DNA of 48,786 nt from the IMG/VR virus record IMGVR_UViG_3300040971_000368, positions 1 to 48,786 of that record; one strand, given 5' to 3'. Numbering within the stretch: the first letter of the stretch is position 1; each line of letters begins with the position of its first letter. Below the pieces are notes generated by a model. The model was not told the origin of the DNA and did no database searches. It saw only the letters and a list, made by a program, of their open reading frames with translations. Below, in pieces: positions 8,343 to 18,595 of this stretch. The DNA is from a virus. Taxonomy: Duplodnaviria > Caudoviricetes. The position numbers and the translations under genes were made by a program.

Positions 8343-8978
8343 ATGATTTTTCGTCCAGTAGTTTATTACAAACCAGATGATGGTAAAGGCGGTGGGGCTG
8401 GCGCTGGAAACAGCACAGTTACACCTGCTGGTGGAACGGGGAACGAACCCGGGGGCCCGGCAACAGGCACAAACAACGGTACTCCACCTACAGGCGCAAT
8501 AACCTTTGCTTCCGAAGCCGATTACCAGAAAGACATTGAAGAAAAGCTGAAGGTAAGGCTTGAACGTGAAAAAAAGAAATCTGATGAAGCTTCAAGAAAA
8601 GCCGCTGAAGATGCGATTGCCGAAGCCGCAAAGAAAAACGGTGAGTGGCAAAAAGTTGCCGAGCAGAGAGAAGCCGAATTGGCAGAAGCTGCTAAGAAAC
8701 TTGCTGATCTCGATCCTGTTCAACAACAGGCAAAACGTTACGAGGAAGCGCTCAAGAAAAACCTTGAGTCACAGCGGGCCGGGCTGCCTGAATCAATCAT
8801 AAAGCTGCTGGATAAATTGGATGTTGCTGATCAGTTGGAATGGTTATCTGCCAACAAAGAAGCAATCATGAAAAAGACACCTAGCGGTGTTCCACCAACA
8901 CCACCTCCCGGCGAAAACACAAACATATCCGAAGAGGACAAGAAAAAGTACGAGAGCCAAACACGGCGGTACTTCTAA
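8343..8978 (+). CDS. Capsid scaffolding protein
   Basis: Gly-rich N-terminus, coiled coil, Pro-rich C-terminus; directly before MCP; RBS TAGGAG. Confidence 0.75.
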   Translation: MIFRPVVYYKPDDGKGGGAGAGNSTVTPAGGTGNEPGGPATGTNNGTPPTGAITFASEADYQKDIEEKLKVRLEREKKKSDEASRKAAEDAIAEAAKKNGEWQKVAEQREAELAEAAKKLADLDPVQQQAKRYEEALKKNLESQRAGLPESIIKLLDKLDVADQLEWLSANKEAIMKKTPSGVPPTPPPGENTNISEEDKKKYESQTRRYF

Positions 8979-8991
8979 GGAGTAAAAACTT

Positions 8992-10089
8992 ATGGCAAAT
9001 GTAAATAGTTATGGATTTATCGGCTTAGCCGATTTGTATGATCAGCGGATCAGCGCCATCAATGGCGGGTTTCAGCGCGTCTGGGACGCTATCCAATTGA
9101 GTGTTGAAGAGTATAACCGGGTCGCAACAGCGGTTATGTCTGAATTTGCGGAAACAACCGAAATTGCGCAAGAGCAAATTGAATTACCCGGCGATGGTAC
9201 TCTGCAACCTCTGGACGAGGACGGCAACCCGTTGCCTGTCAAACCCAGTGGCATGTACCAGGTAGCTTACCCTGTTCAGGGAGCTGGTACCGCCTTTGGG
9301 GATAACCGTGTTTCTCGCGAGCTGTTGACCGTTCAAGAAGTTGACCGGTTTACCGCTGATGTTTTGCGGCGCGATGCAGATTGGTTGGTTCGCCATACCC
9401 TGGCCGGTATTTTTACCAATACTACCTGGACCTACAATGACAAAGTTGGTCCCAACGGAGCTAAAGGTTTGGGTGATATCACCATTCAGCCTTTGGCAAA
9501 CAACGACTCTGTAAAATACATGCGTAAAGGCATGACGGCTTCTGCTACTGATAATCACTATCTCGCACAGGCTGCCGCGATTGCGGATGCGACCAATCCG
9601 TTCCCGACTATCAAAGCCGAATTGCATGAGCATCCATCCAACAGCAATGCGCCTATCGTGGCTTATGTGGCCAGCGACTTAGCCGCATCTGTTCAGGGCC
9701 TGACGGAGTTCGTTGATAAAGACGATCCGGATATTCGAGCCGGCAATGCCAGTGATACCCTGGTCGGGATGATCTCTGCTGGTCCCGGTGATGCCGTGCT
9801 TGGCAAAACCAAAAGCGGCGTGTGGGTGGTTGAGTGGGGTGCTTTGCCCGCCAATTACCTGATTGCCAAAGCCCTGGGTAAACGTCCGCTGAAAATGCGC
9901 CAGTATCCTGCCGGGGCACTGAAAGGTTTGTTTGCTGAAAATGCGAATATTGACGGTAATCATATTGTTAAACGCTTCATTCGCTATTGCGGTTTTGGCG
10001 TTTCTGATCGTGTAAGCGCTTTGGCCATGCGGATTGGCGATGCTGCATACGCAATCCCCACCGGATACGAAGCTCCATTGCCTGCGTAA
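8992..10089 (+). CDS. Major capsid protein
   Basis: 365 aa, position after scaffold, strong RBS AAGGAG. Confidence 0.75.
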   Translation: MANVNSYGFIGLADLYDQRISAINGGFQRVWDAIQLSVEEYNRVATAVMSEFAETTEIAQEQIELPGDGTLQPLDEDGNPLPVKPSGMYQVAYPVQGAGTAFGDNRVSRELLTVQEVDRFTADVLRRDADWLVRHTLAGIFTNTTWTYNDKVGPNGAKGLGDITIQPLANNDSVKYMRKGMTASATDNHYLAQAAAIADATNPFPTIKAELHEHPSNSNAPIVAYVASDLAASVQGLTEFVDKDDPDIRAGNASDTLVGMISAGPGDAVLGKTKSGVWVVEWGALPANYLIAKALGKRPLKMRQYPAGALKGLFAENANIDGNHIVKRFIRYCGFGVSDRVSALAMRIGDAAYAIPTGYEAPLPA

Positions 10090-10143
10090 CCGGGTAGTGG
10101 TTTTTGGAATTCTAATTCCTCTTGAAAGAAGGAGTAAAAACTT

Positions 10144-10956
10144 ATGGCTGATATCGCTTTAGTCACTGCTAACCGCATCAATTTGGTGCATCCTATTTCT
10201 CAATTGACCCTGCCAGCCGGCGAAGCTATCACTGCCGGCATGGCTGTTCGTATTGACACCCAGACCGGCAAGTTTACCAAAGCCAACGGTACAAACGCTG
10301 GCGAGGCGCGCGTGTTTGGCATTGCTGTAAAAACCGTTATTGCCGGTGAAAGCCTGACAGCTATCGCTTCTGGTGTTATGGACGGATGGGATCTCTCAGG
10401 CCTGGCTTATGACGCCGCTGTGTACCTTTCGGATACTGACGGTCGTTTGGAGGGCACCAATGCACCAACTGTTGACGTTCCTATTGGGCGCGTCATTCCG
10501 GGTTGGGCTGTTGGCAGCAGCGCCGATAAACTTCTGTGGATCGACTGTACTCCATACTTTGCGTACAACCCCAGTGATCCTGATCGTGTGCTTGCCGTAC
10601 CGATCATCGCCGGGGAAGTATCCAAGCATGCATTTGTGGCTGACCGGGCTTATAAGGTAAAGAGCATCAGTGAAATCCATTCTGTGGTTTCTACAGCTGC
10701 AAATACCCTTACTATCCGTAAGATTTTAGCAGCTTCAGCCTCCGCGCCGAATGCGGCTGCCGGTGCTAATGTCAAGGAACTTATGCAGGCAGGACTTGAT
10801 CTGAAAGCCGCCGTGGATGTGGCTCAAGCTGGTACCCTCGTAGCGGCTGCGGCTGATCTAACTTTTGCATCCGGAGATAAGCTGGCGTTGGCTGTTTCTG
10901 CAGCTACTACTGGCCTGGCTGGTTGTGTAGTAACCATCGTGCTTACACCTGTATAA
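10144..10956 (+). CDS. Capsid decoration/cement protein (DUF2190-like N-terminal domain plus second domain)
   Basis: AGEAITAG.AV...G.A...V.AG...YLSDTDG pattern; follows MCP. Confidence 0.6.
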   Translation: MADIALVTANRINLVHPISQLTLPAGEAITAGMAVRIDTQTGKFTKANGTNAGEARVFGIAVKTVIAGESLTAIASGVMDGWDLSGLAYDAAVYLSDTDGRLEGTNAPTVDVPIGRVIPGWAVGSSADKLLWIDCTPYFAYNPSDPDRVLAVPIIAGEVSKHAFVADRAYKVKSISEIHSVVSTAANTLTIRKILAASASAPNAAAGANVKELMQAGLDLKAAVDVAQAGTLVAAAADLTFASGDKLALAVSAATTGLAGCVVTIVLTPV

Positions 10957-10981
10957 ACAGCGCTTAGTAAAGATTGAAACC

Positions 10982-11005
10982 GGGCGGGTGCAAACCCGCC
11001 CTTTT
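10982..11005 (+). terminator. Intrinsic terminator after the head genes
   Basis: GGGCGGGT-GCAA-ACCCGCCC-TTTT. Confidence 0.75.
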
Positions 11006-11021
11006 AGAAAAGGATACTTAC

Positions 11022-11447
11022 ATGAATATAACAATCCTTGCAGAGAGAAGCGCACGAGCCTTGCAAACCATAAAAGAACACGCGCCAGCCCTAAGTGAAA
11101 AATTTCCTGGAATTCCAGGTGATGTTTTCAAACAAATGACGGCTTCCAATAAAGATAAGGCTGTTGAAAATATGCTGCGTATGGAAGCTGTGGCAAGGTT
11201 TATGGCTCTGGCGAGTGCTGTTCCTGTTCCGTCCGAAACACCGACAGACAATGGAACAAATGGTGAGCCTGTTCCATACATTCTTGATTTTCCTGCTAAA
11301 GAGGCAATTGAGAATGTAAAGGCCGTGGCTGATCTTGGCGCTCTTTCTGAAATGGCGGCTTATGAAGCCAATAATAAAAAGCGAAAATCGGTTATTTCTG
11401 TCATTGAAGCACGCATTGCCGAACTGATGAGCCAGGCAGAGGTGTAG
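11022..11447 (+). CDS. Hypothetical head-region protein
   Basis: Start reassigned to ATG 11022 after AAAGGA; C-terminal E...KKRKSVI..IE.RI helix. Confidence 0.55.
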   Translation: MNITILAERSARALQTIKEHAPALSEKFPGIPGDVFKQMTASNKDKAVENMLRMEAVARFMALASAVPVPSETPTDNGTNGEPVPYILDFPAKEAIENVKAVADLGALSEMAAYEANNKKRKSVISVIEARIAELMSQAEV

Positions 11448-11449
11448 TC

Positions 11450-11881
11450 ATGGCGCTACCTGTTGCATATACAGAAACCACCTTAGGCCAATATATGCAT
11501 ACCGAACTCGGAGCGATTGCCGGCGTTTTGGGTTATGTCAACCCGGTTGCTGATGCTGGTAATTACGCTGAAGCCGTCAATGATGTTTTGGCAGAGCTCA
11601 AGATAACGAACTTGTCCGAGGTTACGGATATCCGGAAACTTCGAGTACTGGCAAAGCTTTACGCCTGGAAGATGGCGGCTAAAGGCCTTTCGTCAAAGTA
11701 TGACTTCTCATCGGACGGCGAAAGTTACCACCGGTCCCAAATGCATAAACAGGCGCTCGAAAGCATCGAAATGATCATGGATGAGTGCTTGTCCCTGGGT
11801 CTTTTGGGATACTCCGCTTCTTTCCAGGATGTTGAATATCTGAATGACCCATACGGCTATCCGAAAGACCTGGAGGTGTAA
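11450..11881 (+). CDS. Head-tail adaptor
   Basis: Position; YDFSSDGESYHRSQ motif typical of adaptors. Confidence 0.65.
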   Translation: MALPVAYTETTLGQYMHTELGAIAGVLGYVNPVADAGNYAEAVNDVLAELKITNLSEVTDIRKLRVLAKLYAWKMAAKGLSSKYDFSSDGESYHRSQMHKQALESIEMIMDECLSLGLLGYSASFQDVEYLNDPYGYPKDLEV

Positions 11882-11883
11882 GG

Positions 11884-12240
11884 ATGCTTAGTGACGCTGA
11901 ACTAACAGACATGCAGGCAGAACGCGAAGAAAACATGCCTGAAACAGTCTATATCCAGAAGAAAACATCGGTCTCAAACGCTGCCGGCGGTTTCTATGAG
12001 GCTTACAGCACAGAAAGCACTGTAAACGGAAGGATTGGCGCTGTTGGAAAATCTCCTGAAGAAAAAGAGATTGCTTCCAGGATTGCCAATGTTGTTGGTT
12101 ATACCGTTGTGCTGCCTGTAGATGCTGTAGTTGATGAAACTTACCAACTGCAGATTAATGGCCGTCAGTTTCTGATCACCGGCGTTATTCGCAAAAGTCG
12201 GCAAACCGCTCTGAGAGTTGTTTGTACCGAGGTTTCATGA
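11884..12240 (+). CDS. Head closure protein (SPP1 gp16-like)
   Basis: V.IQK.....GG, INGRQF.I.GV beta-rich pattern. Confidence 0.7.
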   Translation: MLSDAELTDMQAEREENMPETVYIQKKTSVSNAAGGFYEAYSTESTVNGRIGAVGKSPEEKEIASRIANVVGYTVVLPVDAVVDETYQLQINGRQFLITGVIRKSRQTALRVVCTEVS

Positions 12241-12746
12241 GCGATAACCCGATCAGAATCACTTTGACAGATAACAGGATCCCGCATTTACTGAATGCGT
12301 TTCCTCAAGCAGTAGACCGCATCGTGCTGAAAACTGCTTTTGAGGTTGTGAAATCTGCTGTTGATTCTATGAGTGGTGATAAGCATGGTCGGCTGTACAA
12401 AGTAAAAGCGCTTTTTGCGAGCGCCAAAGGAAAACGCGGCAAGGGCCTGATGGACCTGGGTGCTAAAGCTAATAAGGATGGAAAGGTTGTTGTAGGGTAC
12501 AAAACCAGACGCGCATCAGCGCCTGGTGAAGCGCCGGCGATAGACCTGGGCAATCTGGCTAACGGCATCGAGGCTGCCAAAACAGGACCCGGTACAGCTC
12601 AGGTGACGGTTTATGCTGATTATGGACCAGCGTTGGAATTTGGAACACACAATATGGCTGCCAGACCATTTATGAAGCCTGCTGCAGAACGTTCATGGAT
12701 CGGCTTTATATCAGCTCTTCTACAAATTGAGGACATGCTCAGATGA
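12237..12746 (+). CDS. HK97 gp10-like tail completion protein
   Basis: SAPGEAPAIDLGNL...YG.ALEFGT.NMAARPFM.PA; start taken at the ATGA overlap. Confidence 0.8.
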   Translation: MSDNPIRITLTDNRIPHLLNAFPQAVDRIVLKTAFEVVKSAVDSMSGDKHGRLYKVKALFASAKGKRGKGLMDLGAKANKDGKVVVGYKTRRASAPGEAPAIDLGNLANGIEAAKTGPGTAQVTVYADYGPALEFGTHNMAARPFMKPAAERSWIGFISALLQIEDMLR

Positions 12747-13138
12747 GTATTCTAAATGCTGATAAGTGGCTGTACTCCGTACTAACCAGCGATGCAGCTT
12801 TACAGGCATTGGTTAGCGACCGTATTTATGAAGACGCGGCACCAGCGCTTATATATGACCCTTATGTTGTCTTTCAGTTTGTAAACGGGATCAATGTTTC
12901 AAACTTTTCTGTCGACAAGATTATGGATGATGAGGTTTGGATTGTGAAAGCGGCTGCTAAAGGCAACGATTACACAGTATTGGAACCAATCGATAAGCGC
13001 ATTGGCGAACTGCTGCATAAAGCATCCGGAACAGGCGTTTTAGGATGTGCTCAGGAAGACCCGTTCAGGTTTTCTGAATTGGATAATGGCGAAATCTACA
13101 AACATTTAGGCCATTACTACAGAATTTATACACAATAA
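12743..13138 (+). CDS. Tail terminator (DUF3168-like)
   Basis: L.ALV.DRIY...AP....PYVVF. Confidence 0.75.
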   Translation: MSILNADKWLYSVLTSDAALQALVSDRIYEDAAPALIYDPYVVFQFVNGINVSNFSVDKIMDDEVWIVKAAAKGNDYTVLEPIDKRIGELLHKASGTGVLGCAQEDPFRFSELDNGEIYKHLGHYYRIYTQ

Positions 13139-13150
13139 GGAAGGTAAATT

Positions 13151-14122
13151 ATGGGCGAAAAAGCCTCTATTTTTCAGACATCTCAAGTAGGAATTGAAAC
13201 TACACCTATGACTGCTGTACCAGCCAATAAAAAACTATTGGCGATATCGGTTATTCCGTCTTCTTCCGTTGAAGCGGATGCTTTTGTAGCATCAGGCAAT
13301 AAGTACGCCTCTTTTGTTACCCTGAATAAGGACTGGACGGCGCTGGACCTTTCCGGTAAGTTGACATTCAATGAAATTCTTTATTTGCTGGTTTCTTTGC
13401 TTTCTCAGCCGACACCTGCCCAACAAGGCGCCACCACCGCCTATAAATGGACATTTGTTTCTGATACTGATGGAGAGGACGCCGGTAAAGCCTTTACTGT
13501 GGAACAGGGCGATGCCAATAACGCCTGGCGCTGCGCTGGCGTGCGAGCTTCCGGATTGACGTTCACCTTCAATCGTAAAGAAGTTTCCCTCAGTGGAGCG
13601 GGACTGGGTGGACCATTGGAAACCGGTATTACCCTGACCGCTGCTCCTACCAGTTTAACTCCAAAACCGGTGCTACCTACCCAGCTCAAGTTTTACATGG
13701 CAGACACCCAAGCCGGACTTGCCGGTGCTACTGCAATGACGCGCGGTTTTTCGTTGGTATGGTCACTGATGGACAAAGTAGGTTTGGCCTGGCCTGTGGG
13801 TGGTGATCCGGTGGTTGTGGAACAGAAACCCAAGCTTGAACATAAACTGAAACTGGCCACTGATGCGGTAGGTATGGGACTTCTGGCCACCATGCGAGCA
13901 GGTTCTACTAAATGGCTGCGTGTGAAGGCTGAGGGTGCCGTTATTGAAAGCACCTATAAGCATACCGTTCAAATCGACTTCCCTGTTCAGATTTCCAATG
14001 TTGGTAAATTTGAGGACAATGAAGGTATTTATGTGTTGGAATACAGTTTAACCGGTATTCATGACGCCACCTGGGGCAAGTCTTTCCAGATTGAAGTAAT
14101 CACTGATGTAGCGACTTTATAA
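13151..14122 (+). CDS. Major tail tube protein
   Basis: Position; GIETT, AYKWTF, FTVEQG motifs. Confidence 0.75.
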   Translation: MGEKASIFQTSQVGIETTPMTAVPANKKLLAISVIPSSSVEADAFVASGNKYASFVTLNKDWTALDLSGKLTFNEILYLLVSLLSQPTPAQQGATTAYKWTFVSDTDGEDAGKAFTVEQGDANNAWRCAGVRASGLTFTFNRKEVSLSGAGLGGPLETGITLTAAPTSLTPKPVLPTQLKFYMADTQAGLAGATAMTRGFSLVWSLMDKVGLAWPVGGDPVVVEQKPKLEHKLKLATDAVGMGLLATMRAGSTKWLRVKAEGAVIESTYKHTVQIDFPVQISNVGKFEDNEGIYVLEYSLTGIHDATWGKSFQIEVITDVATL

Positions 14123-14130
14123 GGTGCTGT

Positions 14131-14436
14131 ATGTCTATCAAAATCTCTGACCTGCAAAAAAAGACTAAAAAAATCAACATAACTTTCCAGGAAGAAACGC
14201 TCAATGTTGAATACAAAATCAACGTGGTTACACCAGCGTTTGTTGAAGAAAAGCTGAAACTGTATCAACAGTTGGCCAGAGCTATTTCCTCATGGGATTT
14301 GATGAATGAAGATGGCAGCATGGTAGAAATCAGCGAAGAGACTTTCAAAACGCTTCCTGTTCAGCTTCAGACAACTCTGCTTTCCGCGATTACAGATGAC
14401 ATGAAAGTTGCTGGTGAAGACCAAAAAAAAGATTAA
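14131..14436 (+). CDS. Tail assembly chaperone (gpG-like)
   Basis: Between tail tube and TMP; I.SWDL...DG; ends at an A8 slippery run. Confidence 0.75.
   Translation: MSIKISDLQKKTKKINITFQEETLNVEYKINVVTPAFVEEKLKLYQQLARAISSWDLMNEDGSMVEISEETFKTLPVQLQTTLLSAITDDMKVAGEDQKKD
14423..14431 (+). other. -1 programmed frameshift site (A AAA AAA G)
   Basis: CAA AAA AAA GAT TAA; the -1 frame reads AAA AGA TTA ATG into ORF 14436-14636. Confidence 0.75.
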
Positions 14437-14636
14437 TGCGCTGGTTAGCAGCGCCTGATCTTTATGATGACCCTGACCCAGAGATTTATGAGTGGTTGAA
14501 GCTTGTAAAAATAGCGAAACATCTAGGATGCAAGCCCTGGGAACTGATTGGGCTACCTGCTTTTTGGAAAGATTTGGGCGAACTGGACATTGACGTTCAG
14601 AACTTACTAAATAGCAAAATTGCACATAAGCAGTGA
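14436..14636 (+). CDS. gpT-like frameshift extension of the tail chaperone
   Basis: -1 frame relative to the chaperone; AKHLGCKPWEL motif. Confidence 0.7.
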   Translation: MRWLAAPDLYDDPDPEIYEWLKLVKIAKHLGCKPWELIGLPAFWKDLGELDIDVQNLLNSKIAHKQ

Positions 14637-14642
14637 GGTTTT

Positions 14643-17246
14643 ATGGGAATTACTATTGCGCGTTTGCTTGTAGAGATTGGTGCTACCAGTGAAGCCGCAC
14701 GTTCAGAACTTGCCCGTGTAGGAAACGATCTAAATTCTTACGGTGATAAAATGATGCGTACCGGTGGTTTGATGACTGCCGGTATCAGCGTTCCTTTAGC
14801 GTTGCTCGGTAAAAGTGCCGCGAACCTTACAAGAGATTACCAGGAACAAATGAATATCTTAGGTGCTGCATCTAAAGCCAGCGCTGAAGAAATGGAAATG
14901 TTAGGCGGCCTGGCTGAACAGTTGGGCGCTGACCTGACATTACCCGCAACCTCTGCTGCTGATGCTGCATCCGCTATGGTTGAACTGGGAAAAGCTGGAT
15001 TGCAAGTAAACGACATCATGGGCGCGGCAAGGGGTGTTTTGCAACTGAGTGCAGCCGGCCAATTGAGCAATGCCGATGCTGCCGAAGTAGCCAGCAATGC
15101 GCTGAATGTTTTCAAGCTTAAAGGTGACCAGGCCGTTAGAGTTGCCGACCTGCTTGCCGCTTCTGCGAATACATCCAGCGCAGAAGTTAGCGATATGGCC
15201 GATGCGTTCAAAATGTCGGCTGCTGTTGCGGCTTCTTCCAGCATCCCGATTGAGGACCTAACCACTGGTTTAACATTAATGGCCAATGCTGGCATCAAAG
15301 GCAGCGACGCAGGTACATCCTGGAAACAGATGATATTGAGTTTGCAAGCACCAACCGATAAAGCTGCTGATTTGATGGGTAAACTTGGCATCGATATTTA
15401 TGACATCAATGGTGCAATGCTTGACCAGCGCGATATTATCGGAAACTTCTCCAAATCACTGGGAGATATGAGCGACGCACAAAGAAATGCTGCGTTAGCG
15501 ACTATCTTTGGCAGTGATGCTGTACGAGCCGCCAATATCATTCTTATGGGTGGGCAGGATCAATTTGACAAAGCCAAAGTTTCGGTCACCGAATATGGCG
15601 CGGCTGCAAAGCTTGCTGATGCCAGATTACAAGGATTGCCTGGCAGCCTTGACAGGATGACAAGCAGCTTAGAAACTGCGCAACTGGCACTTGGTGAAGC
15701 AGCTTCCGGTCCGATATCCGACCTTGCAGATACAGTAACCACTTTAGCTAATGGGTTTGCAGATTTGGACGCTGAAACCCAGGAAATGATTGTGAAACTT
15801 GGATTAATGGCCATAGCAGCAGGCCCAACCATGACGGCTGTTGGTGGTTTGATGAAAGTTGCTGGTGGATTGAGTACAGCATTTGCCGGCGCTGGCGCAG
15901 GTTTAGCGGAATGGAGAGCCGGTATGTCACTCACTACTGCTTTAGGTGCTGCTGGTCTATCCCCTATCGCTATTGGTCTTGGAGCAATATCTGCCGCTGT
16001 TGTGTCTTTGGTTGGTGTTTGGGCAGCCTGGAATGAGAACATTGAAAAAACCAACGATATCGGCGCTGAAGCAGTAGATAATGCCTGGAACGACTTCTTC
16101 AAAAAACAGATTGAAGAGGGCAAAAGCGCTACTGAAATACTTAACGAATACAGAGCTGCTCAGGCCAGAATGCGCGATGAAATGAGCATCCAATGGGGAA
16201 CCGGAGCAGGCGGCGAAAGAACCTTAGAAGCCGGCGAATTAGCAAAGATTTTCATTCAAAACAAAGACGGTATCCTTGATGGTAGCCAGGACCTGAGTAA
16301 TGCCCTGGCTCAGGTTTCAGCATCTTATTACGATTACGCCAAAGCAATGGGTGAAGCGGGGAATGTGTCTCAGCAGTTGACTGAAGAACAATGGTTGGCT
16401 GCGCAAAGCACGAATGACGCACTTGTTTCTACTACAGGATCGTACCAGGAATATGTTCAGACCATGTCTGATACTGGCCAAACACTTTCTATTCTTACAG
16501 AAGAACAATGGAAATCATCGGAAAGTTTATCCCAGATGGCTACAGAGGCGCAACTGGCTAAAACTCAGTTTGATGAACTAGGCCAAGCGCAGGATGATCT
16601 GCAAGCCAAAATGAAAGACTGGATGGATAACGCCGCTAATCAGGTGGTGGATATGCTTGGGGGTAGGTTTACCGAAGCCAGCGAGTCTTATCGCAGTGCT
16701 TTAGGAGTAGTGGATGAAACACTTGGAACCAACTACTTATCCAATTTGCAATTCAAGGATTCTGTAAAAGAACTTGTGGATCAGTATGCGCGCTCAAAGG
16801 ACCTGGACGCCTTTAAGTCCGGATTGGAAGCGATAAAAAGCGAAGGTTTGGCAGATATGCAAACCGCATTAGAAGACGCTGCTACCAAAGCCCAGGAACT
16901 TTACGACAAACTTATGAACTTGCCTGAAGAGGTAAGAATAAAAATAGCTTTTGACGTTGACGCCTTTCCTGAATTCGGGAATGGTACAGGTAATGGGTAC
17001 GTTAATAATTTGAATGCGGTGCCTGAAGCTAACGGCGGCGACTGGCTGGTAACACGACCAACATTGTTCATGGCTGGTGAAGCCGGCTGGGAAAGAGCCA
17101 CGTTTCAACCTGTAGGAGGCGGTAACAAATCTTCGTCATCTTCTGAACTGCCGCCTATTCAGATTATTGGGAATGTTCGCAGTGAAGAAGATATTTACAA
17201 ACTTGCGCAGCATGTGGCCGAAGAGATCCGGAGGAATAAGCTATGA
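14643..17246 (+). CDS. Tape measure protein (TP901 family)
   Basis: A.AM.ELGKAG, L.LSAAG, AGIKGSDAGT, IFGSDA core motifs; 867 aa. Confidence 0.92.
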   Translation: MGITIARLLVEIGATSEAARSELARVGNDLNSYGDKMMRTGGLMTAGISVPLALLGKSAANLTRDYQEQMNILGAASKASAEEMEMLGGLAEQLGADLTLPATSAADAASAMVELGKAGLQVNDIMGAARGVLQLSAAGQLSNADAAEVASNALNVFKLKGDQAVRVADLLAASANTSSAEVSDMADAFKMSAAVAASSSIPIEDLTTGLTLMANAGIKGSDAGTSWKQMILSLQAPTDKAADLMGKLGIDIYDINGAMLDQRDIIGNFSKSLGDMSDAQRNAALATIFGSDAVRAANIILMGGQDQFDKAKVSVTEYGAAAKLADARLQGLPGSLDRMTSSLETAQLALGEAASGPISDLADTVTTLANGFADLDAETQEMIVKLGLMAIAAGPTMTAVGGLMKVAGGLSTAFAGAGAGLAEWRAGMSLTTALGAAGLSPIAIGLGAISAAVVSLVGVWAAWNENIEKTNDIGAEAVDNAWNDFFKKQIEEGKSATEILNEYRAAQARMRDEMSIQWGTGAGGERTLEAGELAKIFIQNKDGILDGSQDLSNALAQVSASYYDYAKAMGEAGNVSQQLTEEQWLAAQSTNDALVSTTGSYQEYVQTMSDTGQTLSILTEEQWKSSESLSQMATEAQLAKTQFDELGQAQDDLQAKMKDWMDNAANQVVDMLGGRFTEASESYRSALGVVDETLGTNYLSNLQFKDSVKELVDQYARSKDLDAFKSGLEAIKSEGLADMQTALEDAATKAQELYDKLMNLPEEVRIKIAFDVDAFPEFGNGTGNGYVNNLNAVPEANGGDWLVTRPTLFMAGEAGWERATFQPVGGGNKSSSSSELPPIQIIGNVRSEEDIYKLAQHVAEEIRRNKL

Positions 17247-18595
17247 CGATCGGTTTACGCTTTACAGACGGCACCACCACTCTAAACGTTTCTGACCTGA
17301 CTAACGGAATTCTAACCAGGTACCAATCCGGCAATAACAATGCGCTTGTTGAAGAAACCACGGATAAGATCATGGTGGTTTTGCGGGGAAGCCGGGCCAC
17401 AAAACTTGCGAATATCGGAACGCTCAACAGTTTTTTTCAACTGGCCACGGACAGGCAACAAAAGCCATATCTGAGCAAGTTGTTTGTGGAAAGGGATTCA
17501 GGAGATGGAGTCTGGTGGAGATCAGAAATTGTATCCGGTCTGGTGATGCTGGATGCCGACAGCATTGATGCTATTGAGCGTTCACCAGAGATCTCGATTG
17601 TGTTTACCAGAAAGAACTTCTGGGAAGGCGCGGAAGCGCAAATAGCGCTCAGTAACGGCAATGGAACCAACAACACAGCCGGATTGACAGTTTACAACTG
17701 TAATGATGGCGTTGGCACATCCCCGAATAAGCGGAATAATTACGTTCAGATAGCCGCCGGCGTGATTTCTGGTGATATGCCAGCTCCTGTACGATTGGAA
17801 ATAACTAACACGTATAATTCCGCTGCGCAACTTTATACCGTCTGGCTATCGCATAATGTGGAATCCGATCCGGCTAACTTTCAGAATATTATTGAAGCTG
17901 AAGCCGCCGCCGCCGGTGGTACAGACACTACCAACAGCAGCTTTAGCGGTGGGAAATACAGAACCTTTACCTGGAGCGGAGATAACCAGGCACTCATTGG
18001 CAGATGGGTTTTAGATACAGCGTATCTCAATAAAACCAAATCCAGCTGGTTCAAGATTTTGGCGGCTTTTACAGGCAGTCCGAGCAGCGGAACGCGCTTA
18101 CAGTGCAAATTGCGTTTTCCATCGGATAGCGCCTTGACTGAAATCAGCAGCAGTCAGGAAGTAGTATTGAGCACCAGTTACAGGATACAAGATATTGGGA
18201 CTTTGCAGCTGCCGCCCTGGTTAGCCGGGGCGGGTGATCAGGTTGCCATTGCTTTTTGTTTGTATGCCAGAAAAAGCGGTGGTGGTTCTTTGGGGATTGA
18301 TTATTTTCAGTTTTCGCCTATAGACAGCTATCGGATTTTACAACCTCGCGGATACGGAGCTGCGCTTAATGAACGAATTGTTGATGATGGAATTGCCGGT
18401 TTGCTGTATGGTGACCAATGGACTTCCCAACCCGGAAAGATTGGTATTTATACCGGCCAGGGCAAACCAGTGCTTTTGAAACCTGCAAAAATACAGCGGA
18501 TATATTTTCTCATGCGCAGCAACACGGACGGTATTCCGATTGACAGAACCATTTCTGTAAAAGCGTATTACAGGCCGAGAAAGGCGACTTTATGA
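17243..18595 (+). CDS. Distal tail protein with inserted domain
   Basis: Directly after TMP; GDMPAPVRLEI motif; C-terminal YYRPR. Confidence 0.65.
   Translation: MTIGLRFTDGTTTLNVSDLTNGILTRYQSGNNNALVEETTDKIMVVLRGSRATKLANIGTLNSFFQLATDRQQKPYLSKLFVERDSGDGVWWRSEIVSGLVMLDADSIDAIERSPEISIVFTRKNFWEGAEAQIALSNGNGTNNTAGLTVYNCNDGVGTSPNKRNNYVQIAAGVISGDMPAPVRLEITNTYNSAAQLYTVWLSHNVESDPANFQNIIEAEAAAAGGTDTTNSSFSGGKYRTFTWSGDNQALIGRWVLDTAYLNKTKSSWFKILAAFTGSPSSGTRLQCKLRFPSDSALTEISSSQEVVLSTSYRIQDIGTLQLPPWLAGAGDQVAIAFCLYARKSGGGSLGIDYFQFSPIDSYRILQPRGYGAALNERIVDDGIAGLLYGDQWTSQPGKIGIYTGQGKPVLLKPAKIQRIYFLMRSNTDGIPIDRTISVKAYYRPRKATL

Noticed and set aside
10955-10963. AAACAGCGC, matching 161-169, upstream of the head-gene terminator
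   Set aside because: Lies about 19 nt from the stem and lacks the final C; too short to count as a motif copy
14837-16123. Long minus-strand ORFs within the tape measure gene
   Set aside because: Typical antisense shadows of Ala-rich coding sequence
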